A stretch of DNA of 64,000 nt from Nymphaea colorata (lineage: Eukaryota). The stretch is taken from assembly GCF_008831285.2 (NCBI RefSeq), contig NC_045138.2, positions 34,534,001 through 34,598,000 on the forward strand, read 5' to 3'. Below the pieces are notes generated by a model that was given only the letters and a program-made list of their open reading frames with translations, ran no database searches and was not told where the DNA came from. Below are positions 53,490 through 64,000 of this stretch, piece by piece (the stretch's first letter is position 1; each line of letters begins with the position of its first letter). The position numbers were made by a program, and so were the translations under genes.

Positions 53490-56115
53490 TTTGTGAACAA
53501 GCTGTTTGATTGTGTTTCAAATCGGTTTCTCATCGTAATCGTATCGTCGGCATAGAGCAGTTTTGCGACCTCGACACTATGCTGTTTCAAGGGGCCGTGG
53601 GGCGACTCAAGACCTACAAAGAACACGCGCATCCCCGAGCATTCGGTATCGATGGTAACGGTGATGCTCAACTACTTCTCACTCAGGCTGAGTGGAAGGC
53701 ACGGCAGAAGAGAAGCGACAGTGACCCATCATTAACCCGAAAGAAGAGGGCTCACGAGAAAGGAAGGGTTCGCAGTCGGGGTGGACGCGGCAGAGGGCGA
53801 GAGAGAGGCAGACGAGGCGACTTCCCACTCAAAGACAGAGCAGGTGGCTCTGGGGGCGGTGGTCATGACAAGAGTCACATCCATTGCTTCAATTCCGACG
53901 AATTGGGGCATTACGCGAACCGGTGCAATGCTTCCAAAAAAAAAGGAGGAGGCGCATCTCACACAAACTGATGACACCGAACCAGCCCTGTTGCTTGCAG
54001 AGTTGGAAGAAGTGGTGTCTGCAACACTTGAACCACCAGAATGGCAAGTTCGGTAGGATGTCGTCCTGCTGAATGAGGCGCAAGTATGGCCGAAACTGCA
54101 GAGGACTGAGCAGGGCATGGAAACTACCAATGTCTGGTACCTGGATAATGGTGCCAGCAACCATATGACCGGAGACAAAGTCAAGTTTCGCAAGTTGGAC
54201 GAGGCAATCACTGGGAAGGTGAAGTTCGGCGACGGCTCATCAGTGCAGATCATGGGTAAGGGCTTAACTCTTTTTAGATGCAAAAATGATTATCAATTGC
54301 TGCTCCAGGAAGTATATTATATCCTGAGGTTTCACAGCAACATCGTGAGTCTCGGGCAACTCACTGAGACAGACCACAGGGTGGTTATGGATGAAGACGA
54401 ACTGGTGGTGTTCGTCAAAAATCCATGACAACTGATCATGAAGGTGAGACGTACACCAAATCGTCTTTACCGCATCAACTTGCAGATTGCTAGGCTAGTG
54501 TGTCTCTTGGCAAACCTCAAGGATCTGGCATGGCTATGGCATGCTCATCTTGGCCATGTGAACTTTCAAGCAATGAAGATGCTTGTAAACAAGAAAATGG
54601 CAACCAGAGTACCGCCGATCTCTCACCCCGCTCAGTTATACCGAGAGTGCTTGGTGGCGAAGCAAATGAGACAGTTGTTCCTGTCGGCAGCCAACTATTG
54701 AGCGAAGGTGTCACTCGAACTCTTGCACGCTGATCTTTGTGGCCCGATCACGCCACCCAACCCTACTGGTAATAGTTATTTCTTACTAATCGTTGAAGAC
54801 TTCTCTCGTTGGATGTGGTTGTGCATGCTCAAAACAAAAGACCAAGCATGCTCGGCATTCATGAGAATCAATGCGCGGGTCGAGAATGCGTGTGGCTCAG
54901 GACCGATCGGGGAGGTGAGTTCCTCTCTCTCAAGTTTGTCAATGTGTGTGAGCAGGCCGGCATTGTGCGGCACCTCACTGCGCGATACTCACCACAGCAA
55001 AACAGTGTGGTGGAGCGGAGCAACAGGACGGTGATGGTGATGGCAATATCTCTCCTCAAGAGCATGAACATGCCAGAAAGATTTTGGGGGGAGGTGGCAC
55101 GGCATGCGGTCTACCTACTGAACCGCTTGCCTACGAAGGCCATGGGCGAGCGCACCTCATATGAAGCTTGGAGTGGTAGGAAACTGGATCTTGCACATTG
55201 CACATCTTCGATTGTTCGGTTGCACGGCGCATGTCAGGGTGACGACGCCACACCTAAAGAAGCTCGATGATCGCAGCCAACCAATGGCGTATCTCGGTGT
55301 CGAGGATGGCTGCAAGGCGCATCGACTATTCGATCCACAGTGCGGGAGAATCCATGTAAGTCGTGACACTAAATTTGAAGAAAAACTAAAGTGGTGATGA
55401 AACATGGATCCAGAAAGCAGTGAACCGTCGAATTTCATTGTTGAGGAGGAGTCTAACACTGAGTCGGCAGTGGGCAATTCAGTTGCAGGCGGGCAAGCAG
55501 TAAGGTCAGTGTCCATGGAACTAGGTTATCCGGCTTCTTCATTGACATCGATGGGTGGCGAAGCAACACCGGTGGTGATGCCGGCTCGGAGATTGCTGGC
55601 GGATGAAACTGCCGCGACCTCAGAGATGGAGGTCAGCAATGATGGACCCATTCGATATAGACATGTCGATGATATCATGAGAGACGCTCAGTGCGTCGAA
55701 CTCAATGATGAAGACGTCGAAGAAGAGGTCAGGCTCGCGGCAACAGAGGAGCCGTCGTGTTACTAAGAGGCAACTGACACAAGAGGAAGCTATGGCCAAG
55801 GACATTAAGTCCATTGAAAAAAACTTGACCTAGACACTGACAACCCTACCGGCCGGAACCAAAGCAATCAGACTCAGATTGGTGTTCAAATTGAAGAAAA
55901 ACTCAGACAGAGAGGTGATCAAGCACAAGGCCAGATTAGTCGTGAAGGGCTATGTCCAGCGGCAATGGATCGATTTCGAGGAAGTGTTTGCACCAGTCGC
56001 TAGGCTCGACACCGTACAAGTCATCCTTGCCGTCGCTGCCAACTATGGGTGGCAAGTCCATCACCTCGACGTCAAATCATCATTTCTCAACGACGAACTT
56101 GAGGAGGAGGTCTAT
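53490..56115 (+). mobile_element. Ty1/Copia gag-pol segment, truncated at both ends, no adjacent LTR
   Basis: Begins mid-gag (FVNKLFDCVSNRF..GIEQFCDLDTM), then a zinc-knuckle remnant (CFNSDELGHYANRC), protease (WYLDNGASNHMTG), integrase (LWHAHLGH, LELLHADLCGPI, RTDRGGEF, YSPQQNSVVER) and the RT start (KARLVVKGY..HHLDVKS..LEEEVY), where it breaks off. More GC-rich than its flanks. Confidence 0.92.
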
Positions 56116-56989
56116 GCCATTGGCATCCCCCCAGTGTCCCCTTGCTGATTTTAGTCGAGCTAGACTCGACTGGTAACTTTCTCACCCCCATATAGACACG
56201 TGGGCTGGCTGTTCTTGCATGTTTGCTTTCTAACCCGGCTTCAGCCTTTGCTCTTCATGTGACACCTCAAAGGCTTCGAGAGCCAAAGACACGGTCGCCA
56301 GGGCAGCAGTCTACCTAGTGGGATTGGGTATGGTTTGCAAGTATTAAGATTATGGTTTGCATGGTTTGATGAGTGAGTTGTGGGTAAATTCATGTATCTC
56401 TCACACTTGTAAGGCCTCACAACCCTCTTTAGCTTCTGTAGTAGGTTGAAATTGTAGGTGGGTAACCTCACTTGTATTCCTCACCTATTTGGGTTTTGCA
56501 CAGGGGTGCTTGTCCAGCCAGGTAGTGTCTTGTATTAATTTGTCCTTAGGCTTAGTTTTAGGCAATCTCAAGTTGATCTTGGGGATAGGATCGGCAATCG
56601 GGATTGGATTTGGTCGATGCCAGGATAAGTCCTACTAGAACCAAATAGTTCATCTACTTGTTTTACATCAATGGCGCGCATTTGGTGAGCCCTCAAATTG
56701 ATCTTCTCTGAAGAAAATTCATCTTTGTTGTGCAGTCAAGCATCAAACACGGGCACGGTTCACCACGGTAAACTACATTCACCGGCCTTCCTAACCTATT
56801 TGTTAGAATGCATGAAGAAAAATTAAAAGTTGAACAGGGCGCAGGGATCCAGCTTTTGACCCAAATCGTCTAGGCGGTAAAACCACCACTTCAGCAATTT
56901 TGAACTATGGATCTCGCAATTAAGTTCTAAATGGCCAATCTACGCCGTGATTTGTATATATAGTTAAAAAGATCCTCTATAGAAATTAA

Positions 56990-58464
56990 GGGCCCGTTTG
57001 ATGGGTGGGTGAAATTTAACGCGGTAAATTTATCATGGTAAATTTTTCTGGAAAAATTTACAGGATGAAATTTCTCCCTCTTCCAATCTGAAGCCTTGTT
57101 TGATGGGCAAGAAGAATTTACCGTGGTAAATTTAACCCTGTTTGATGCACAGAAAGAATTTAACATGGTAAATTTAATCTTGTTTGATGCACAGGAAGAA
57201 TTTAACATGGTAAATATTGTTTTTTTGTGTCTTAACCAGAAAACACAAAAAAAGCGATTATATTAGATATGAAACTCGTGCAACCTCCATGCACATAAAT
57301 TTAATATGAAACTGGTGCAAAAAATTAATGATACTAACAACGAGAGATATGAATAATGAGAAGCCCTCCACAAGATCAAATCATATCGACAGTTCAAAAT
57401 TTGTCTCAAAATTGAGATTCTTTTGTATTCTTTTGTATGCTACTGAATTTGCAATCATCCAGTATACAACAATTGGTGGTGGTGCGCATCAAAGGCAGAA
57501 GCCCAAACTTCAAAATCGTGAGCTTGCCAATGTTGTGTTATTTCAGGCTGGGCTTCTGAAATGGTGACAATGGAAACTGAACCATCAAAAAGTCCAATGC
57601 TATGGATGAGGAGGACAAGCTCCAATCCAGGCATAAACACATTGAAGAACTAACATCCTCCTTAACAACCTCCTTTCCTTAACAACCTCCTTTAGAAGCT
57701 CACCTGCAAATGCAACCAAAGAACCAGAGGAACAGAAGAAACACCTTTTCAGTATGCATTTATCAACATCAGTATCTGAAGAAAACATACCTACAAACCT
57801 CAATCTTGGAGTGATAAAAATATGATGATTTATATTTATAAAACTGTATCCGTTTTCAGACACAACTAGAGTTTGATTTACAATATTGACATCCAACTGA
57901 TCAGAAAAGGGAAAGAAAGGGAAAAACACCAATCAGAAAATGAGAAGAGGAAAAAACGCAACAATAGAAGGAGGAAACACAACAAAGAGGAAAGATGCGG
58001 CAACAGAGGAGGAAACACAACAATAGAAGGAGGAAACACAGCAAAGAGGAAGCAACAGACCTGTGGAGTGCAGCGAGAGAGGAACCGTCGACTGCGAGGG
58101 TGTGAGGGTGTAGCGAGAGAGAAGAGGGGAAAAAGGGGACCGTCGACTGCGAGGGTGTGAGGGTGTAGCGAGAGAGAAGAGGGGAAAAGAGGGGCGATAG
58201 AGAGCGACCATGGTGGTGTCGCTCCTACTCTTCTCCACCACGGTCGTTGTCGCGGTCGCCGACGCCGTCGTCCCCTCCTCAATGCTCCCGGTGTTCTCCG
58301 ACAGACATATGAGGTTCGCTCGTTACGGGTTTCGTCGGGGGGGGAGGGTGTCGAGCGGGTGGAATTTCACCCGCTCTTTTTTGCAAAAAACGGGGTGAAT
58401 TCCACCCCATTTGATTCATTTTCATTCGGGCGGGTGAAATTTCACCCGCCCATCAAACGGTCCC
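56990..58464. mobile_element. Non-autonomous PIF/Harbinger DNA transposon (1475 bp)
   Basis: TIRs GGGCCCGTTTGATGGGTGGGTGAAATT / AATTTCACCCGCCCATCAAACGGTCCC, flanked by TAA (56987-56989) and TAA (58465-58467). Subterminal repeats GTTTGATG..AGAATTTA..GGTAAAT and GGGTGAAATTTCACCC palindromes. No transposase ORF recognised. Confidence 0.9.
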
Positions 58465-59351
58465 TAAGGAAGGTTAGTTGGTGCGGCTTTAAGTTATAGG
58501 ACTTGAATGGCACAACTCCTGAAAAACAAACAAACAATTGACCTTAAAACTACAAAACAAAGGCTTAAATAAAACATTCGAGAGAGATGATCCAATGCAA
58601 AGTCGAATATTGAAGATGGGTGCAACATCATTGCTACACCAAAGACTACATCATTACAGTCTTAAAGACAACTTAGATATACAGTTTTAGATCATCAGCC
58701 TACTTTGATACGTATATGAAATTGCGCGATAATCAGGAAATTAAACAATTTAGTTGCACAAAAACTACGAATTAATATAAGAATTTCAATTACTTCGAGA
58801 CCTTTTTCTTTCCAAAATTTGACCCCGTTGAACATGAACGTTGGCCAACATGTTCTGGAAAAATAAATGGATACTTCTGTATCAGTTCCTGGCGCGTGCA
58901 AGATCATTTTAGTTTATGAAATATAGTTTTAACTTACGAAAATTCCGTAATCTAAACGCCCGGCTTCTTTACGAGGCTCTTCTTTGTATTGCCGAAAGTT
59001 CCAATGCTACATAATCAAAGGCGAGGGGGAGGTTGAACCTTCATCCAGATTAGCAAACACGTTAAGACGGCAGGAAGCAGCACACGAAGGCACGAACAGC
59101 AGGCGCAAAGGCACGCACAAACACGAAGCATAGCATGAATACAGTCCTGAAATTTTAACGCACGGAGCTACTCCAGACAGTAACATACACGCAGACAAAA
59201 CGCTATCGGGCATTAAAGCGCTTCTTGGCCACACGCACAGGGCTCACAAGCCTCATCATCACCAAGCCATTGCCACGAATAGGTGCATTGTATGAAGGAA
59301 TCGGCTTTTCAAGCTAGCTGTGCATGTTGATGGCCGCTGTTGCCCGTGACT

Positions 59352-60107
59352 CTATATGTCCTCCTCCAGCTCGGTATAGCCGGGCTCGGGCGAAGTGACA
59401 GAACCTTGGAAGATGGTTAACACGTGCCCTTCTTCGACTCTATGCCATTCAAGTGTCTTCTTGTCGGACATGGGACTTTGGTTGTGAACAAAAAAGTGTT
59501 CGTCGGCCGCAATTTCCAGAGCTTGAAGCTTCTCCTTCAAACCACTAACTGTGTCGGTAGATTTCACTTCGACATACACCTCCTTATTAGTCCTTGCTTG
59601 TTCCACTATTATATTCATGGTGCTATGTCTTTTCGGAGATAAAGTCTTAGCCGGCTTGATCAGGACATCTATCCGAGATTGTTCGGAGACGCCAAACTCC
59701 GCCAGAGTGAGCACTGGATCCGAAAGTTTCCTATTCTGATGCAGAAGAAGAAGCCTGTTAGCCGGCACTCCGATTCGCTCGTGAATTCCCTCCTTCGGCT
59801 TCAAGAAGTTGACGGTGTTTGATTTGTCGAATTTGAGGAAGATCAGGTCCTCTAATCCTTTGACGTGCACCTGAAGCTTCCCGGCTTCGGGATTGACGAG
59901 AACCTCCACGCAGCAACCTTCCCACAGCCCATAAGGTTGAACATCCTTCTCATCATCCATAAATGTGTTGTTGAAGAGAACGCTCTGTTGCTTGACAGGA
60001 ATGCCGGAACATTTTTCCAGCCTTTCTTTTATGTCCAGAACTGTGTCAAAGAAGCCAACCTCGATCCTGTATTTACTGCCATTGCTCAGCTCGAAATCGA
60101 CTTCCAT
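59352..60107 (-). CDS. Intronless protein with three tandem ubiquitin-like domains, no di-Gly, 251 aa
   Basis: Three ~72-aa beta-grasp-like units (DTVLDIKERLEKCSGIPVKQQSVLF; NTVNFLK..GVPANRLLL..KLSD..TLAEFGV; DTVSGLKEKL..MSDKKTLEWHRVEEG). Uninterrupted ORF with a GA-rich leader. Confidence 0.85.
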   Translation of the reverse strand: MEVDFELSNGSKYRIEVGFFDTVLDIKERLEKCSGIPVKQQSVLFNNTFMDDEKDVQPYGLWEGCCVEVLVNPEAGKLQVHVKGLEDLIFLKFDKSNTVNFLKPKEGIHERIGVPANRLLLLHQNRKLSDPVLTLAEFGVSEQSRIDVLIKPAKTLSPKRHSTMNIIVEQARTNKEVYVEVKSTDTVSGLKEKLQALEIAADEHFFVHNQSPMSDKKTLEWHRVEEGHVLTIFQGSVTSPEPGYTELEEDI

Positions 60108-61886
60108 TGCCTTGTTTACACTACTACTATATTCACGAGCAATGCTGGAATGTCATAACCCTCTGTCTCTCTCTCTCTCACTCTCTGCACCAAGTCTGTT
60201 GATCCATACAAAACAACAGGAATTTCATGGGCTTTCACGACTCTATATTCTGTTGCAGAAAACCAACAAACCACCACGAGTTTCTTATATTTTTAATGGG
60301 CGGGAATTCTATAATGATTAGTCCTCTTACATGGTGTTTTGTGTTAATTACATTCATTAATGAAGCAGTGATAACTTACATGAGTTGCAGAAGAAATACC
60401 ACCAATTTTAGCACTAATACTACGCGATTACTCAGCTTATTGACGAGAGAACGTAGCTCTTGAGTGTTTAGAAATTCGATTTGCAGAGGCAGTCGGCTGA
60501 GCACCCAAAAAATGAGTAACAAACATTCTGACACTTCTGGAAACAGTTAAGAGATCAGTACCTCACGTTTTCAAAATGCATGGGGGAGCATGCATCAAGC
60601 ATCTGAGTTTCGGATCAATGCATTTTTGGGACATGAGATAAAAATCCTTTGAAAGAACAATAAAAGAAAATGCCAGACTAAAATAACTAAAGCAGTAAAA
60701 ATAAATATAACACTAAACCATCCATATTACCTCACCTGGGGCATCAATTTTTTGGAAGTTACCTCCTGGGTCGAAAGCAAGACCTTAATTTGGGACGATA
60801 AGGCTGCTCAAACACACACACACATATACATATATATATATATTCAACCAAGTTTTTTCATAAAGCGTCACACTTGCGACCATGTGACATGGCTTCTTAC
60901 AATTTAAGTCACATTTAATGAGAGAGAGTGGAGATCAATAACTAAGAAGTCAAAAACTTTCAGATTTGGTGGTAGTTACTCTCTAATGTCCTCTGTCTAT
61001 GTGTGCATGTGTGTTGGGCGGCCAAGATATGAGCTTACTGTGGCCCGGGTGGACCAGCCTGTGGATCTGATTGACCATAGTTTGTTAGTTAAAGCCTAAT
61101 TTCCGATCAACACAATTGAGAAACTGCTTTTAGTGTCCTCTGGCGGAGGATGCACCTGAAGTGGATGTTTCATTTCATGGATTATGGCATGCATGCCCAT
61201 GGGTAAGGTTCCCTTGACATGTTACCTAAATCTTATTTCTGTGGTCTCTTCCCCTATGGTTCATGCCGCATAGTGACATATGTAGGCGATATTTTGAAAA
61301 TATCAAGAATTTATTTCTAAAGCAAGATAAGTCATTTTAAAAGGAAAAATCTCACGTTATTTCAAAATATTGTGAAAAGGGAAACTTGTCGTGCTACCTT
61401 CGTGATGTTTTTCCCTTTTTATAAATAGGTTCTTTAATGTATTTTTAGTACATGTTTCCTTTTCTTGTTTGCTTTTGGAATTTTAACAATTATTTTGATT
61501 TTTATCATCATATGTACGAAAACTAATATAAAACTCTTAGTTTTAAAATTTCTACTATTTTTCTTTAGATTTCTGAATTCTTGAGATTTTTCTAAGAAAG
61601 AAAAACTTTCTTGAAAATTACTTGGCAAAAAACCTTGCTGATAAAAACCTGAGGAGTATATTTTTTATTATGTCTCGTAGCTGTTTTTGCATCCTATTGT
61701 TTTGTGTAGATGTTCTTTTATTACTTTCCTACACCCTCCTTTGTATGTAGAGACACTTGGTTATGGTGGAAAGGATTTGGAATAACCTAACTATTAGCAC
61801 TGTGATTTCAATATAAAAAATGTGCTATAACCACTCTTTTATGTCAGGAAAGTGGGAGAAGAGCTGAGTAATGAACTTGAGTTGCA

Positions 61887-64000
61887 GATTCCCTCTTCTT
61901 CTTTTCTTTAGGAGCAATTTCGTAATTTCATTGTATACTTTTATTTTTTCAAGAATTGAATGAAAACGTTGAGGGCCTATCGGCTGCACACAGTCACGAG
62001 TTCGAGGTCCATAGAACAGGCTAGAGCTCAAATTTGACTCACATAACTTGTTTCTGTTAAGTCTATCTTCTTTTAATTCCTTTTTAACTAGTCTTTCATT
62101 ATACTTCAACATTTATTATGTAACCAAGTCGAGTTTAAACGAATCTAATTCTTATAAGTCAAACTTGACTCGAGTTCTTACAATTCAAACTCTACTTTAA
62201 CATTTCAAGCTTACATTTGAGCTCATTTATGAATAAACGAGTCTAGTCGCATCGAGTGAAGCTTGAGTCCAAACTACCTGTTCGTTGTGGTGGGGTTTGT
62301 CTTAAAACCACCACTCTTTGCTGAATTCAAGGTCTGAGACAAAGGGCGCATGCGCCCCTGCTCTTCTTCCTTTGTGCCACCTGAAATCTCTCTCTCTCTC
62401 TCTCTGTGAAAGAAATAGTACTTCAATTTGTTCTTTCATGTGTTGCCCCCAAAAATTAAACATCAACAACAACTAAATCCTTATAGCAGAAGAAGATGGT
62501 GGCTGCGGCGAGAAGAAAGTGTCAAGAACAACGATCATTATAAGCATAACAATTCCAGCAGAACCTCTGGCCAGGTTCTGTGGCTTGGCTCGATGCTTAC
62601 ATGTACGCAAAGATAGGAAGAGAGAGGATACCAACAGTTTACCCTGCGTGAAGAGGGAGAATAGCAACAGCACCCTGTGAAATTTCTATTGTCCGTTGAT
62701 GTTTCGTAGGTTATGAGTTGTGTCAATGGGGCAACCTATTAAAATTATATTTTAAAACTTCATTTTTTATTTACTCTTGATTTTTCTTTTCTTTTATATT
62801 TTCCTTCCACTAAAATTCTATATTTTTCTTTAATTTTGAAAATTTATGTGAATTATAAGACTAAATGTTTTCTTTTTTTCATTTTACAACTTTTGAGAAT
62901 ATAAAATTAGTTGTACTGTGTAGCTACATTTTTCAAAATTATCGTGTCCAAACTCCCGTATTCGCACATGTGTGACATAGGGGGCAACTGAAGGCCATTT
63001 TCCCTTAATAATAAATAAGAGTAATGGGGTCTTGACTACTGGCAGTTTCATTTTAAGTTACATTTTGTAATAGGTGAGTCTTGGATGTTGGAGGTTTCAC
63101 TTTTAGGTTGTTACATTTTGTAATAGGTCTCCCACCATAAATATGTAATCTCAGCCAGAGTTAGCTATGTTTCAAGAATCAAAGTTGCATTTTTTCTCAC
63201 CAATTAACAAAAGAAACCATGAACGCTATCAAAATAATCTATTGCCGTCCTGAATATTATAGACTATCAAAGAAACCATGGTTATCAACCAAAAACAACA
63301 TAATTTAACTAATGCAGCAGCAAACCATAATTCAACAAATTTAACCAAGAACCTAGTGCAAAATATGGACCATATGAAACTGCAGTAATGCTTTCTGCAA
63401 CAGAGAAACCCATTTCACTTAAAACTCTAAACACCAAACAAATGATTGATGTACATTTCCAGCTTTGATTCACTAACACGTTTGCCTGAAACAAGAAGAA
63501 TTTATTCATTATAAACACTCAAGGACCGACGTAGCACCTGCAGCAGTCAAGAAACCTGAAGGTAATCAGATGCGTTTTGAGAACAAATTAGTCAATATTG
63601 CAGGTTTGCATGGTTACAGAACATGTACATGCTGCCAGTTTGTAGGCCAGATTCAGGTTCTCTGTGTCTAAGTTGAGAGATTCAATCTCATTAACTCATG
63701 ATGAGCAAATGAATAAAAAGCATTTGTTTATTGGTTTGAAATTTTAATACTAAACCACACAGATTAAAACCAAAATATTCTCGCAGGTCCATCCCTTTGC
63801 ATTCAAGTCTATCCTGCACGTTTCTGCTCGCCCATAAAGTCTCCACTCATCCACTGGCTCTTAAAATTTAACAGCGCCTGAAAGATTCATGCCATGGCTA
63901 ATCAATTATTGAACCAGGCCTAAGCTTGCGGGGCTAGTCCACCATCAAGCTCATCTTTAAAGGAGTTGAAGTAACAGGCACTTCCTGCCCAATCAACTGA
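61887..64000 (-). repeat. Right arm of the inverted repeat (partner 1814-4057), running off the window end
   Basis: Its reverse complement is colinear with the left arm up to the last base of the window. ORF 63309..63518 resembles 1514..1705 and 2404..2628. Confidence 0.9.
62487..62680 (+). pseudogene. Possible decayed transmembrane/juxtamembrane exon of a receptor-like kinase (inverted, partly deleted copy at ~3230-3425)
   Basis: After an AG, a phase-1 reading gives EEDGGCGEKKVSRTTIIISITIPAEPLARFCGLARCLHVRKDRKRED: a basic-hydrophobic-basic layout with a degraded TM stretch. Confidence 0.35.

Noticed and set aside
56120..56690. Possible LTR remnant ending ...TTACATCA followed by ATGGCGC
   Set aside because: No partner LTR, TSD or convincing PBS, and no match seen to the LTR end at 706.
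56996..57215. Regularly spaced ~40-bp repeats suggestive of a CRISPR array
   Set aside because: Eukaryotic context, no unique spacers, no cas genes; these are Harbinger subterminal repeats.
22346..60107. Functional cluster of DDRGK1 (UFMylation), RabGAP, RIC, NTF2 and UBL genes
   Set aside because: Ordinary unrelated plant gene neighbours; nothing in the sequence shows co-regulation or a shared pathway.

Overview
AT-rich flowering-plant nuclear DNA with spliceosomal introns; the species cannot be fixed from sequence alone. I could build eight apparently intact protein-coding genes with canonical GT-AG junctions or no introns: XTH8-like (+), NTF2-like (+), a RIC/CRIB ROP effector (+), DDRGK1/UFBP1 (+), a TBC RabGAP (-), an ENODL phytocyanin (+), VUP1/SOFL-like (-) and an intronless triple ubiquitin-like-domain gene (-). 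The window also holds a PPR pseudogene, a decayed two-LTR Ty1/Copia element, a non-autonomous PIF/Harbinger element with TIRs and a TAA TSD, and microsatellites. The most notable structure is genomic. A second Copia element appears split in two: LTR end, PBS and 5' gag lie on the minus strand at about 500-710, and the directly following gag-pol lies on the plus strand from about 53490. A roughly 2.2-kb inverted repeat (1814-4057 vs 61887-64000) brackets the window, and a truncated ubiquitin-like gene start at 1190 faces opposite to the intact gene at 60107. One inversion of about 53 kb breaking inside the Copia gag would explain all three (inference). I found no evidence for a new enzymatic or defence system. 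All alignments and translations were done by eye.
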